From: Methanocellales archaeon
Lineage (GTDB): Archaea; Halobacteriota; JAWCLZ01
Direction: 5' to 3'
NCBI GenBank assembly: GCA_038850285.1
Contig: JAWCMA010000009.1
Span: 1-44,212 of the forward strand
DNA: 44,212 nucleotides
Position numbers and translations under genes: made by a program. The notes beneath the pieces were generated by a model. That model ran no database searches. It saw only the letters and a list, made by a program, of their open reading frames with translations, and was not told where the DNA came from. This document shows positions 8,538 through 17,545 of the stretch, piece after piece. The stretch's first letter is position 1. Every line of letters starts with the position of its first letter.

Positions 8538-9533
8538 CTGAATGGCTATGCGATTGAAACCTTCAACCTCACTAAGAAGTTTGGCAGCATCTTAGCAGTG
8601 GATAGATTGAACTTGAAGATTAAATATGGAGAGATATTTGGTTTACTCGGCCCAAATGGCGCGGGAAAAACAACTACAATTTCCATGCTCTGCACAATAA
8701 TAAATCCCACTTCAGGCACCGCTAGAGTAAATGGATATGATATTCTAAAAGAGCCAGACAAGGTTAGAAAGAGCATTGGCATCGTTTTTCAAGACCCAAG
8801 TATAGATGATCGCTTAACCGCTCGAGAGAACCTCGAGTTCCACGCAATGCTCTATGACGTGCCTAAAGAAGTTCGAGAAAAGCGAATCAAAGAAGTATTA
8901 AAACTAGTAGAACTCGAGGATAGAGCTAATTCCCAGATGCGCACCTATTCAGGAGGAATGAGGCGCAGATTGGAAATAGCACGCGGATTGCTTCACTATC
9001 CCAAGGTATTATTCCTCGACGAGCCTACACTAGGACTTGATCCCCAAACTAGGGAGCACATCTGGAAATACATCGAAGAACTTGCTAAGCGCGAGAATAT
9101 CACAATTGTGCTCACCACGCATTACATGGAAGAAGCTGAGAAACTCTGCAATCGAGTGGCAATAATAGACTATGGAGTAATAAAGGCACTTGATACCCCT
9201 AATAATTTGAAGAATGAATTAGAGGGGGATGTCATCAAGATAAAGACCCCTGACCCTAGATTCTTAGCAGCTAGACTCTTTGAAAAAGGACTTATCCTTA
9301 AAAGCAATGAATCTAGCGGTTTGCTGAATATAACTGTTAAAAATGGTGAAATGCTAATTCCAAAGATTGTGGAAATAGCAAGTGGAAGTGGCGCAAGCAT
9401 AGAAGCAATAGCGCTTCAAAAGCCAACGCTTAATGACGTTTTCCTCCACTATACAGGAAGAGAAATTAGAGCTGCTGAGGCTGAGCAATATCTCCCGCCA
9501 ATGATAGCCGCTCGAAAGAGGAGAATGAAATGA
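8538..9533 (+). CDS. ABC-2 exporter ATP-binding protein (DrrA-like), probable CTG start
   Basis: GPNGAGKTT, YSGGMRRR, FLDEPTLGLD; conserved N-terminus YAIETFNLTKKFG lies upstream of GTG 8598, bounded by in-frame TAA 8532; GGAGGT at 8525-8530. Confidence 0.9.
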   Translation: MNGYAIETFNLTKKFGSILAVDRLNLKIKYGEIFGLLGPNGAGKTTTISMLCTIINPTSGTARVNGYDILKEPDKVRKSIGIVFQDPSIDDRLTARENLEFHAMLYDVPKEVREKRIKEVLKLVELEDRANSQMRTYSGGMRRRLEIARGLLHYPKVLFLDEPTLGLDPQTREHIWKYIEELAKRENITIVLTTHYMEEAEKLCNRVAIIDYGVIKALDTPNNLKNELEGDVIKIKTPDPRFLAARLFEKGLILKSNESSGLLNITVKNGEMLIPKIVEIASGSGASIEAIALQKPTLNDVFLHYTGREIRAAEAEQYLPPMIAARKRRMK

Positions 9534-10288
9534 GCGAGGCTCTAGCTATATACACCATTTGGCTGAGAGAGGTGAAGCGATATACACGCGAGCGCTCTCG
9601 CTTAATCACCTCCTTCACTACTCCGCTATTATGGCTAGTGATATTTGGCATTGGAATAGGTAGAATGGGCATTGCTTGGAATGTCTCAGGGTATAGCTAT
9701 CAAGCCTTTATATTCCCAGGCATAATTGGGCAAACCCTGCTCTTCACCGCAATTTGGTCAGGTATTTCTGTGATCTGGGATCGTGAATTTGGATTTTTAA
9801 AGGAAATATTAGTGGCACCTATATCAAGAACATCCATTGTTCTAGGTAAAGCCATTGGAGGTGCCACAAGTGCTTTTCTCCAGAGCCTTCTCCTTCTCCC
9901 ATTTTCATTTACAGTGGGAATCCAGCTCACGCCCTTTTCATTAATTGCATCTTTACCGGTGATGTTTTTAATAGCACTTGGCTTGGTAACGATTGGACTC
10001 ACACTCGCAGCGCGAATTGAAAGCCTTGAAGGGTTTAACTTGATAATGAGCTTTGTGATAATGCCAATGTTCTTCCTCAGCGGGGCATTATTCAAAATAG
10101 ATTCCCTCCCAGAGTGGCTGAGAATTTTAACCTACTTCGATCCCCTTACTTATGGAGTTGATGCTTTGCGCCTCATCCTTCTCGGCGATGCCAATTCCTT
10201 TCCAATTTACATCGATATTTTAATTTTAGTTGGATTTGCAGCAGGTATAATTTTAATTGCCGCTAGAGAGTTTAACATCAAAAAATAA
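9530..10288 (+). CDS. ABC-2 type permease (DrrB-like)
   Basis: DREFGFLKEILVAP, FFLSGALF, PLTYGVDALR; ATGA overlap with the ATPase. Confidence 0.92.
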   Translation: MSEALAIYTIWLREVKRYTRERSRLITSFTTPLLWLVIFGIGIGRMGIAWNVSGYSYQAFIFPGIIGQTLLFTAIWSGISVIWDREFGFLKEILVAPISRTSIVLGKAIGGATSAFLQSLLLLPFSFTVGIQLTPFSLIASLPVMFLIALGLVTIGLTLAARIESLEGFNLIMSFVIMPMFFLSGALFKIDSLPEWLRILTYFDPLTYGVDALRLILLGDANSFPIYIDILILVGFAAGIILIAAREFNIKK

Positions 10289-10340
10289 AAATAAAAATAA
10301 AAATAAAAATAAAAATAAAAATAAAAATAAAAATAAAAAT
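10281..10340. repeat. Microsatellite (AAAAAT)x10 between convergent genes
   Basis: Ten exact copies; begins inside the last codons and stop of the permease; T-rich on the minus strand (terminator-like). Confidence 0.95.
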
Positions 10341-10342
10341 AA

Positions 10343-10480
10343 CTATTTCTCAGTTTTTTGCCTCACCTCGCACTCAGCACATTTCCACTCTCCCCAGCCA
10401 ATGTAAATATGAATAGTTGTCATAGCGCATGTGGAGCAATATTTATAGCAAACTTTTTGGTAGATTTCTTGCTCGCTCAC
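10343..10480 (-). CDS. Unannotated 45-aa zinc-ribbon-like microprotein
   Basis: Hand translation MSEQEIYQKVCYKYCSTCAMTTIHIYIGWGEWKCAECEVRQKTEK; GTG start preceded by AGGTGA; two CxxC motifs. Confidence 0.65.
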   Translation of the reverse strand: MSEQEIYQKVCYKYCSTCAMTTIHIYIGWGEWKCAECEVRQKTEK

Positions 10481-10489
10481 TTCGCTCAC

Positions 10490-10657
10490 CTAGAGAAACA
10501 TTATCGCTAGATTCTTCCAACATTTCTCGCATAGTAAAGCGAATTCAAGTTCTTTGCAAAACTCTGCTTTATCGCCATTTATTTTAACATATCCCTCGTT
10601 TATTTGATAGGCTTTATCCTCAGCTTCAAATTCCCTTTCACATCTGCTGCATTTCAT
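10490..10657 (-). CDS. Unannotated 55-aa zinc-finger-like microprotein
   Basis: Hand translation MKCSRCEREFEAEDKAYQINEGYVKINGDKAEFCKELEFALLCEKCWKNLAIMFL; ATGA overlap with the Mut7-C stop; terminal CxxC pairs. Confidence 0.72.
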   Translation of the reverse strand: MKCSRCEREFEAEDKAYQINEGYVKINGDKAEFCKELEFALLCEKCWKNLAIMFL

Positions 10658-11154
10658 ATTTCCACTTCTTTTTTCAATTCAGCAACTGTTTTTTGAATAT
10701 TATTCCAGTGACTTCCCTCCCAGTAAACCCGCTTGCAGTTATCGCAGATCCAGAACTCAATATTTCGCTCGAAGAGATCTGGAAATACATATTCCTTTGC
10801 TTTCACCACTTCCATTTCCTCTGATTTCACAATTCTAATTGGATGGTTGCATATAGTGCAGCGGTCCATCTTTGCTTCTAAATTTAAATTAATGTGAGAA
10901 TGCATTTCTTTAAGCTGCTTGAGGACATCCTCGGAGTGAATCAAAATAGCAGCTATTCCTCTTGCCTTTGCCTTTCTCACCAGCTCTCTATCTCTCGAGA
11001 CAATAATTCTCCCCTCTTTCTTTGCAATCTCGAGGAGAAGATCATCCTCTCCTTTTCTCAAATCACTTGCACTCAAGGTATCATAGCCTAAGAGGCGAAG
11101 CCAAGCAGTTAATCTACCTAGCATTCGATCTGCGATGAATTTAATATTTGACAT
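10654..11154 (-). CDS. Mut7-C RNase domain protein (PIN-like, DUF82)
   Basis: FIADRMLGRLTAWLRLLGYDT, SRDREL, RCTICN, CDNCKRVYWEGSHW. Confidence 0.9.
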   Translation of the reverse strand: MSNIKFIADRMLGRLTAWLRLLGYDTLSASDLRKGEDDLLLEIAKKEGRIIVSRDRELVRKAKARGIAAILIHSEDVLKQLKEMHSHINLNLEAKMDRCTICNHPIRIVKSEEMEVVKAKEYVFPDLFERNIEFWICDNCKRVYWEGSHWNNIQKTVAELKKEVEI

Positions 11155-11190
11155 TTAATGATATTTTTATCAAGGGTTATTATTTCAATA

Positions 11191-11967
11191 TTATGTTATT
11201 TCAAGCTTCAATTTATTCTCAGTTATGATTACTTTATTGAAGGGTATGGTTATTGCTAGCTCATCTCCACTTCGCTCCAGTTGAATTACGGTGTTTTGAA
11301 GCGAGCCCTTCATTTTTATGAAGTAGTCTTCCCAAGCATCAGCATATTTACTGCTGTTTATCTCCAGTATCACATTGCCTCCGCTTTCAATGAATACATG
11401 GGTATCTGAGCCATTGTATTTAGAGACCACTGTAACTATACCGCTTCCAGAGGATATATTGCTCTCCATTTTTATGAGCGAGATCATTGCAATTGTTTCA
11501 TTGTTCCTCAAGTCCTCGTAGACAAATATCGTGGGAGGGAATTTAATGAAAGCATATTCTGCTTGTTTTTCAAATACCCCTCCATTCATATATGCCACTG
11601 AATCCTCTCCATATTCATATTCTATCACTCCCAAATCTAGCTCTATTTGGAATTTTGTTGCGTTCGTGACATTTACTGCCAGCTTTAAATGATCCCCTGA
11701 GGAAGTGCTTAAAGTACCTTCTCCCACGTTTATCCTCGTGGTTTTAACTGGAGCTTGATCGTAAGCGGTTTTGTCTAAGTTTGATTGAAGCACCGCGAAT
11801 CCCTGCTCCACGCTTTGATATCTGATTTTACTTTGAGAGCTCTCAAGCACTGGAAAGCCATAGGTGTACATTAACCCTATAGAGGTTATCATGATGCCCA
11901 AGATTAAAATATAGCCAACCACTTCTGAAACTCCATTCTGGGAATGCACTAGCTGCATTTTTATCAC
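11191..11967 (-). CDS. Archaeal pilin-like protein (class III signal peptide)
   Basis: NG|VSEVVGYILILGIMITSIGLMY N-terminus; beta-rich body with YMNGGVF and ADAWEDYF. Confidence 0.8.
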   Translation of the reverse strand: MIKMQLVHSQNGVSEVVGYILILGIMITSIGLMYTYGFPVLESSQSKIRYQSVEQGFAVLQSNLDKTAYDQAPVKTTRINVGEGTLSTSSGDHLKLAVNVTNATKFQIELDLGVIEYEYGEDSVAYMNGGVFEKQAEYAFIKFPPTIFVYEDLRNNETIAMISLIKMESNISSGSGIVTVVSKYNGSDTHVFIESGGNVILEINSSKYADAWEDYFIKMKGSLQNTVIQLERSGDELAITIPFNKVIITENKLKLEIT

Positions 11968-14627
11968 TCCAGAATGATTTTCTCCTCTCGCAAAGTGGTT
12001 ATGTTGATATAAGTATGGGGGAATACTCGAACTTCGTGTGTGCCAGCTATGGATGTGAATTCCACCCTTGATTGATTGAATATATTTACCTCCTTTGCAT
12101 TTTCATTTCTAACTTTAATATTGAATTCTCGAGTCCAAGCTTCATCTATCTTTATTCTCTCTATCTGCCAGATCAATGTTGTAGTGCCATCCTCATTGTG
12201 AATGATTTCCGTTTCAGGAGGCAAACTGGATTCATCCAATATTATATCGCTCGGGATTATATCTATGACTGTTAGATTAGTGGCAGCGGTTTCCCGCAGT
12301 TCCCTGGCTATGGTGCGATAGATATTCTCAAGATCTTCCTTGGTCGCGGCATAGTAGAAGTTACTGGGTGTAGAGGCAATTTGCTGGAGGAGTTCTTTAT
12401 CTGCGTCAACGCCAAAGCCTATGGTGTAGATCGCGATTCCCTTTGCCTTTGCGGCACTTGCTTGATCCAACGCTTGTTCTCTAGCTTTACTCTCAGGCTG
12501 GGGGAGTGTTGGAAGGCCGTCGGATAGCAGTATTATCGCTGGCAGTCTAGTGCTATCTCCAGCGGTGAAGTAGGGGGATTTATTGGTGAGTTCATAAGTT
12601 GCTACAGCTATCGCTTGACCTGTTGGCGTACCGCCATATGCGGTTAATCCATCGAAGCCGTTTTTCACAGCATTTTTATCATAGGTTAAGCCTTGAATTA
12701 AGGTTACATTGGGAATTGTGCCATAGTAGCCATCGCCCTTGAAAATTACCAAGCCTACTTGATCTGTGCTGTTTAAATATTCTGTGAATAATTTGCCGCA
12801 GATTTTGGCTGCATCTATTTTAGCCATGTAGAAACTCAATGCAAACTCCTGCTCTCCCTCTGGGAAGTCACCAGTTACATATGCTTGATAGGTAGTATCT
12901 TTGTTTACATTTGCCTCAACATATTTAGCTCCAGTAGCAGTTTTAATGGCTTGTATCGCGGGTGCTCCATTTTTACTTATCCACATTTGAAGGGATTTAG
13001 TGCCATTTAAATTTTTAAGCTCAATTTTGAAATTCTCCAGTCTATCTTCAGTAATTATTGATTGGGTATATGCATTGCTTGTTATATTACCGAAGTATTC
13101 CGCTATGCATATAGAGCTATATAATGCAAATACTCCTGAGAATGCTCCAGATCCAGAGCCTGATCTATAGTATATGCGCACTGTCCAGTTTCCATCCGCT
13201 GGATTTACTACTTCTATATACTCTGGATTTTTATCTCCTGAGTAGCCAGTGGTTATTTCTCCTCTGCCATATTTCTCTCCAGTTGGGCTTGTTAAATGCA
13301 AATCTAGATTTGGATTATATGCTGTTCCTGGCCACGCTAGTTCAACGCGGAGTTTTGAGGCATTGATGGCGAAGAAAGAATTGTTTATCCACCAGTTATA
13401 TTTTGCAACTGTGCCGCTGTATGGTATTTGAGATATGAGAGTGGTTTTATTAACATTAACCTTGATTTCTTGGCTGCCTTGGGAGAAATTCCCATTAACG
13501 ATTATTGTCCAGTTGCCTTGAATGGGATTGGTTACATAGTATCTCTCTCCATTTGCTATGGAGTATTGCGCTCTGCCTATGTTTCCATTTGGATCTTTAA
13601 GCCAGAGGTTTATGTCTCGGGTGCCATTGATCGATCTTGCTTCAACAATTAAGTCCTTAAATGTGCTATCAACTATTATGGTTTGATTCCACTGCGAGCT
13701 CGATATCTTGCTCGTGGAGCTTTTGAAAGCGGTATAGGCATCGTCTCCATAGCCGAAGTAATCAGGATCCATGCTTCCTGATATATCTGTGGCAAGAATG
13801 ACATCAGTAGATCTAGGGGCTTCTCTTATGCCTCCGCCGTAGAGAATTATATGCGTAGTGGTGCCTTCTTCTAGGGAGAATGTTTCAGGGGATACGAATT
13901 TATCCACTTCTAAATATGGATCTGGATTGCTAGCTATGACTGTTATAGTGGTATTGCTAGTATCTGAGTTGCCATTGGAGTCTGTGACAATGAGCACTGC
14001 ATTATAACTACCTGTAGCAGTGTATTTATGCTGTACCACTGGAGAGGTTGAGGTTGCTCCATCGCCAAATTCCCATTTATATTTCAATGCTCCTTCGCCT
14101 TTTGAATAGCTAGCATCAAAGGTTATATTGCGATTTACCTTTGCTATTCTAGGGTGCACCACTGCAACTGCTGTGGGCATGAGGTATTTCTGTACATTAT
14201 AGCTTAGGTAGTGCTCGACTGCTGCACTTAAGGTACTGCCTTCTAGTGCGATGCTCGATCCTATACCATTGAGAGTTATCAATATTTCTTTCTCAAATTC
14301 CAAAGCTGAAACAAGGACTTGTTGGTCTTGATTTGATTCTTTAAAGGTGACTTTATATTCGTATCCCCCTATATCTTCAGGCATATAGAATTTGGAGTTC
14401 AAGTGCCCTTTGATTTTTGGCATTACTATGTATATATCCACGATTTTGGAGCTCACCGCATTCCCTATGTCTTGAAATTGCGCTTCCATGGCTATCTTAG
14501 CAGGGGTATATGATAGTTCTGATGCATAGGTTGCGAAGAATATCACTGCCCACGCGAGGAATGTTCCAATTAATATTATATATTCATATGATGGGGTTAT
14601 TGCTTCATCATCAAACATATTATTCAC
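11964..14627 (-). CDS. Pilin-like secreted protein with PKD and von Willebrand A domains (putative adhesin)
   Basis: EA|ITPSYEYIILIG hydrophobic N-terminus; PKD 'FDASYS..YKWEFGDG..HKY...G.Y...LIVTD'; MIDAS DISGS, GGTPTG, ILLSDGLP, IYTIGFG. Confidence 0.85.
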   Translation of the reverse strand: MNNMFDDEAITPSYEYIILIGTFLAWAVIFFATYASELSYTPAKIAMEAQFQDIGNAVSSKIVDIYIVMPKIKGHLNSKFYMPEDIGGYEYKVTFKESNQDQQVLVSALEFEKEILITLNGIGSSIALEGSTLSAAVEHYLSYNVQKYLMPTAVAVVHPRIAKVNRNITFDASYSKGEGALKYKWEFGDGATSTSPVVQHKYTATGSYNAVLIVTDSNGNSDTSNTTITVIASNPDPYLEVDKFVSPETFSLEEGTTTHIILYGGGIREAPRSTDVILATDISGSMDPDYFGYGDDAYTAFKSSTSKISSSQWNQTIIVDSTFKDLIVEARSINGTRDINLWLKDPNGNIGRAQYSIANGERYYVTNPIQGNWTIIVNGNFSQGSQEIKVNVNKTTLISQIPYSGTVAKYNWWINNSFFAINASKLRVELAWPGTAYNPNLDLHLTSPTGEKYGRGEITTGYSGDKNPEYIEVVNPADGNWTVRIYYRSGSGSGAFSGVFALYSSICIAEYFGNITSNAYTQSIITEDRLENFKIELKNLNGTKSLQMWISKNGAPAIQAIKTATGAKYVEANVNKDTTYQAYVTGDFPEGEQEFALSFYMAKIDAAKICGKLFTEYLNSTDQVGLVIFKGDGYYGTIPNVTLIQGLTYDKNAVKNGFDGLTAYGGTPTGQAIAVATYELTNKSPYFTAGDSTRLPAIILLSDGLPTLPQPESKAREQALDQASAAKAKGIAIYTIGFGVDADKELLQQIASTPSNFYYAATKEDLENIYRTIARELRETAATNLTVIDIIPSDIILDESSLPPETEIIHNEDGTTTLIWQIERIKIDEAWTREFNIKVRNENAKEVNIFNQSRVEFTSIAGTHEVRVFPHTYINITTLREEKIILE

Positions 14628-15044
14628 CTATTTATATATAAATATCGTTTCGATGCTTTCATAGTCATTATTCATATCATTGTAGACAATTCTAATCTCA
14701 ACTGATCTTATTTCTCCCGCAACGCAGTATGGAATAGCTCTTATATCAACATAGACCCCTTTCTGAGCCAGTAATTTACTCAGCTGATCGCTATAATCTG
14801 AGATCAATTTTACAAAAGTCGTATTATCGCTTGCCTTGCGAGCAGCAGCTCTTATTTGCTCATATGTCTCAATTTTTATATCTCTAATCTCGTGCTTGGG
14901 AAAATTTGTTTCCCCTTGGGATGACTGTATGCTGGAGAGAATTGCACTATTGATAAATATGGTGAGAATTATCAATCCAATAGAAATTGCGAAGCCAGTG
15001 AGCACTAATACTTGAGCCTCGCAGCTCTTATTTAAATATACCAT
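14628..15044 (-). CDS. Pilin-like protein
   Basis: EA|QVLVLTGFAISIGLIILTIFI class III-like N-terminus; abuts or overlaps its neighbours. Confidence 0.7.
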   Translation of the reverse strand: MVYLNKSCEAQVLVLTGFAISIGLIILTIFINSAILSSIQSSQGETNFPKHEIRDIKIETYEQIRAAARKASDNTTFVKLISDYSDQLSKLLAQKGVYVDIRAIPYCVAGEIRSVEIRIVYNDMNNDYESIETIFIYK

Positions 15045-15604
15045 AACTCAAGTCTCACCTCGAACACGTGCACCATATTTTGAGCAGGCTGATCGCCAGA
15101 GGCAAAAGTGGCTTTGAATGGAGAATTTGAATCAAGTTCATTATCATAGATAACTAAAAAATGGCTAGCTGTTACCGAATCCCTAGGTGGGGGAATTGAA
15201 GTTATGAAATCACTTTTTGATCCCAAGGTTATAGTTGAAATACAGCCATCTGAATAATTGATGCTTCTGAGAACTACATTGTACATTACATTGCTTGGCA
15301 GCGCTAGGCTTAAATCGCGCCTCATTTCTTCTGGGAGGAGTAAATCACTTTTATTTACTACTTTAATATAATTCTTGAGAGAATGGCTAGCTGTATTATC
15401 TGGGTTATCCATCGCTAGGAGTATATCCTTGCCATATTGCTCCAGCTGTACATTTAAATGCTGGCCAGTTAGAGGCACTATTACTGAGGGGGAGAGCAAT
15501 ATGAAGTGAATTGCTATGAAGAGCAGCATTGCCGCAAAAAATCCCTCGAGGGTTAAAACTTGGGCTCTGCAGCTACCAAATATAGACAACGAGTTTTGCA
15601 CCAA
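15032..15604 (-). CDS. Pilin-like protein
   Basis: RA|QVLTLEGFFAAMLLFIAI; C-terminal EVRLELWYI. Confidence 0.75.
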   Translation of the reverse strand: MVQNSLSIFGSCRAQVLTLEGFFAAMLLFIAIHFILLSPSVIVPLTGQHLNVQLEQYGKDILLAMDNPDNTASHSLKNYIKVVNKSDLLLPEEMRRDLSLALPSNVMYNVVLRSINYSDGCISTITLGSKSDFITSIPPPRDSVTASHFLVIYDNELDSNSPFKATFASGDQPAQNMVHVFEVRLELWYI

Positions 15605-16517
15605 ATCTCCCCCCTATGTAGTTTCCTAAACTAGTGATCACAAAATAGCCCTTAGTATTATGAACATCGAACTTGATATTCACAGGTATACCAGTGGGAT
15701 ATGAATTCAAAATATCAGTTAGATCGTGAGTGCCAATCGTGGTATTTGCATCAGTTTCATAAACCATATCGCTTTCAATCCATATCTTCATCCAAGGATC
15801 GGATTCGCTTTGATTTTCATTCTTTCCCTCGATAAAGACTATGAATGCCCCAACCTTAGGACTTGCAATTGCGGTTTTGACATCAGTGCTAGGGGTGTCT
15901 AGATTTGAGCGCATCGTGCCATTTACACTATAAGACCCATTTAATGAGAGGCTGTCGTAAACTATTATGCGCTCGTATTTCTCAACATCCGCACTCTCTG
16001 GAAGTGGCGGACCTATTAGAAGTATTTCCCTGCCATTGAGCTCTGAGGCATAGATCGCGTTAGTTGTAGTGCTCTTAAATCGCTGCAGGGAAATATTATA
16101 GCTATAGTCTCTAAAAGAAGTTTTCAATCCAACTCTATCTCTAATTGTGGTTGTATTAGTCGAGTTATATAGCTCTGCAAGTGCATATATCTTGCTCAGG
16201 CTAAGTACATTTGGCTGGTCTTTGCTCACCGCTAAGCCTATGCGCTTTATAAAGCTAGCATTGAACTCATCTGCATAGTTCTCCCAATCTGTACCATTAC
16301 CTGAAAGGGTTACTCTATACCCAGGATCTTCAGCGAGAATTACGCTTGTTCTATAGGCCACTGGATGCAAATCGATACTCGCTGCTTGCAGTCCTGAAAA
16401 TATAACTGGAACTGTTATGAAGACTGAGATTAATGCTAGGGAGAATATAAAGAAACCGGAGAGGAAGTCAAAGCTCATTTGAGCTACATCATTTAATTCG
16501 AATCTCCAAATATTCAT
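15573..16517 (-). CDS. Pilin-like protein
   Basis: VA|QMSFDFLSGFFIFSLALI; LAEDPG, RIGLA; C-terminal KLVVYIW. Confidence 0.75.
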   Translation of the reverse strand: MNIWRFELNDVAQMSFDFLSGFFIFSLALISVFITVPVIFSGLQAASIDLHPVAYRTSVILAEDPGYRVTLSGNGTDWENYADEFNASFIKRIGLAVSKDQPNVLSLSKIYALAELYNSTNTTTIRDRVGLKTSFRDYSYNISLQRFKSTTTNAIYASELNGREILLIGPPLPESADVEKYERIIVYDSLSLNGSYSVNGTMRSNLDTPSTDVKTAIASPKVGAFIVFIEGKNENQSESDPWMKIWIESDMVYETDANTTIGTHDLTDILNSYPTGIPVNIKFDVHNTKGYFVITSLGNYIGGRFGAKLVVYIW

Positions 16518-16655
16518 CTACTTATAATATTATTGAACATAGATATATATCACATTTGTGCAAATTACCAAAAAAATAATAAATTATAGTAATATCAAAC
16601 AAAACAAAATAATGCAAGGCAATAGTTATATGCTGCCTTTGACATTTTAATAAAT

Positions 16656-17438
16656 ATGCTTACTTTCATTGGACTTGGACTCTACGATGAAAAAGACATC
16701 ACGCTTAAAGGTTTGGAGGCAATTAGAAATGCAAATGTGGTATATGCAGAATTTTATACCTCGCGCTTACTTGGTACAACGCTTGAAAAAATGGAGCAAT
16801 TATATGGGAAAAAAATCACGCTATTGAAGCGCGAGGATATAGAATACAACCCCCAGCAGATCCTAGAAAACGCCAGGACAAAGAATGTAGCGCTTCTCTG
16901 CGGAGGCGACCCGCTGATAGCAACGACTCATCTTGACCTTCGCTTGCGAGCTTTTAATCTAGGTATTGAAATTGAAATAATACACAATGCTTCCATTCAA
17001 ACTGCAGTTTGCGGTTTAACTGGCTTGATAAACTATCGCTTTGGGAAATCCGCAACAGTGGCTTTTCCATATAGGGATAGGGTTTTCGAAGCACCCTATG
17101 ATGCCATAAAGCTGAATCTTGCAAGTAATCTGCATACCCTGTTATTTCTGGATATACAAGACGATAGATTCATGACTATTTCAGAAGCTCTGGATATTTT
17201 AATGCAAATTGAAAGGCAGCGAAATGAAAAAATACTTCAAAATAGACTAATGGTGGGCGTAGCCAGAGCAGGTTCGAAAAAACCTCTAGTTAAAGCTAAC
17301 TATATAGAGCACTTGCTTGAATACGATTTTGGACCGCCTCTCCACATTTTAGTGGCACCAACTGATCTCCATTTCATGGAAGCTGAAGCTTTGATTAAAT
17401 TTGCAAATGCACCTAAAGAAATTTTAAAAAAAGCTTGA
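16656..17438 (+). CDS. dph5: Diphthine synthase
   Basis: MLTFIGLGLYDEKDIT, YAEFYTS, GDPLIATTH, YRFGKSAT, LHTLLFLD, FGPPLH. Confidence 0.97.
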   Translation: MLTFIGLGLYDEKDITLKGLEAIRNANVVYAEFYTSRLLGTTLEKMEQLYGKKITLLKREDIEYNPQQILENARTKNVALLCGGDPLIATTHLDLRLRAFNLGIEIEIIHNASIQTAVCGLTGLINYRFGKSATVAFPYRDRVFEAPYDAIKLNLASNLHTLLFLDIQDDRFMTISEALDILMQIERQRNEKILQNRLMVGVARAGSKKPLVKANYIEHLLEYDFGPPLHILVAPTDLHFMEAEALIKFANAPKEILKKA

Positions 17439-17545
17439 TTAAAAAGTTATCCATTCCAGCATAGTGCAGTTGATATCCTATAGTTTAGAGAGAGCGATAT
17501 GATTATAACTTATGGCAATCAAATTAGTGGAAAGGTGAAAGTTAA

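Noticed and set aside
10490-10492. In-frame TAG between the two zinc-finger ORFs as pyrrolysine readthrough
   Set aside because: TAG ends many conserved genes here at their expected C-termini, no pyl genes are in the window, and the overlapping AGGTGA is a good SD for independent initiation
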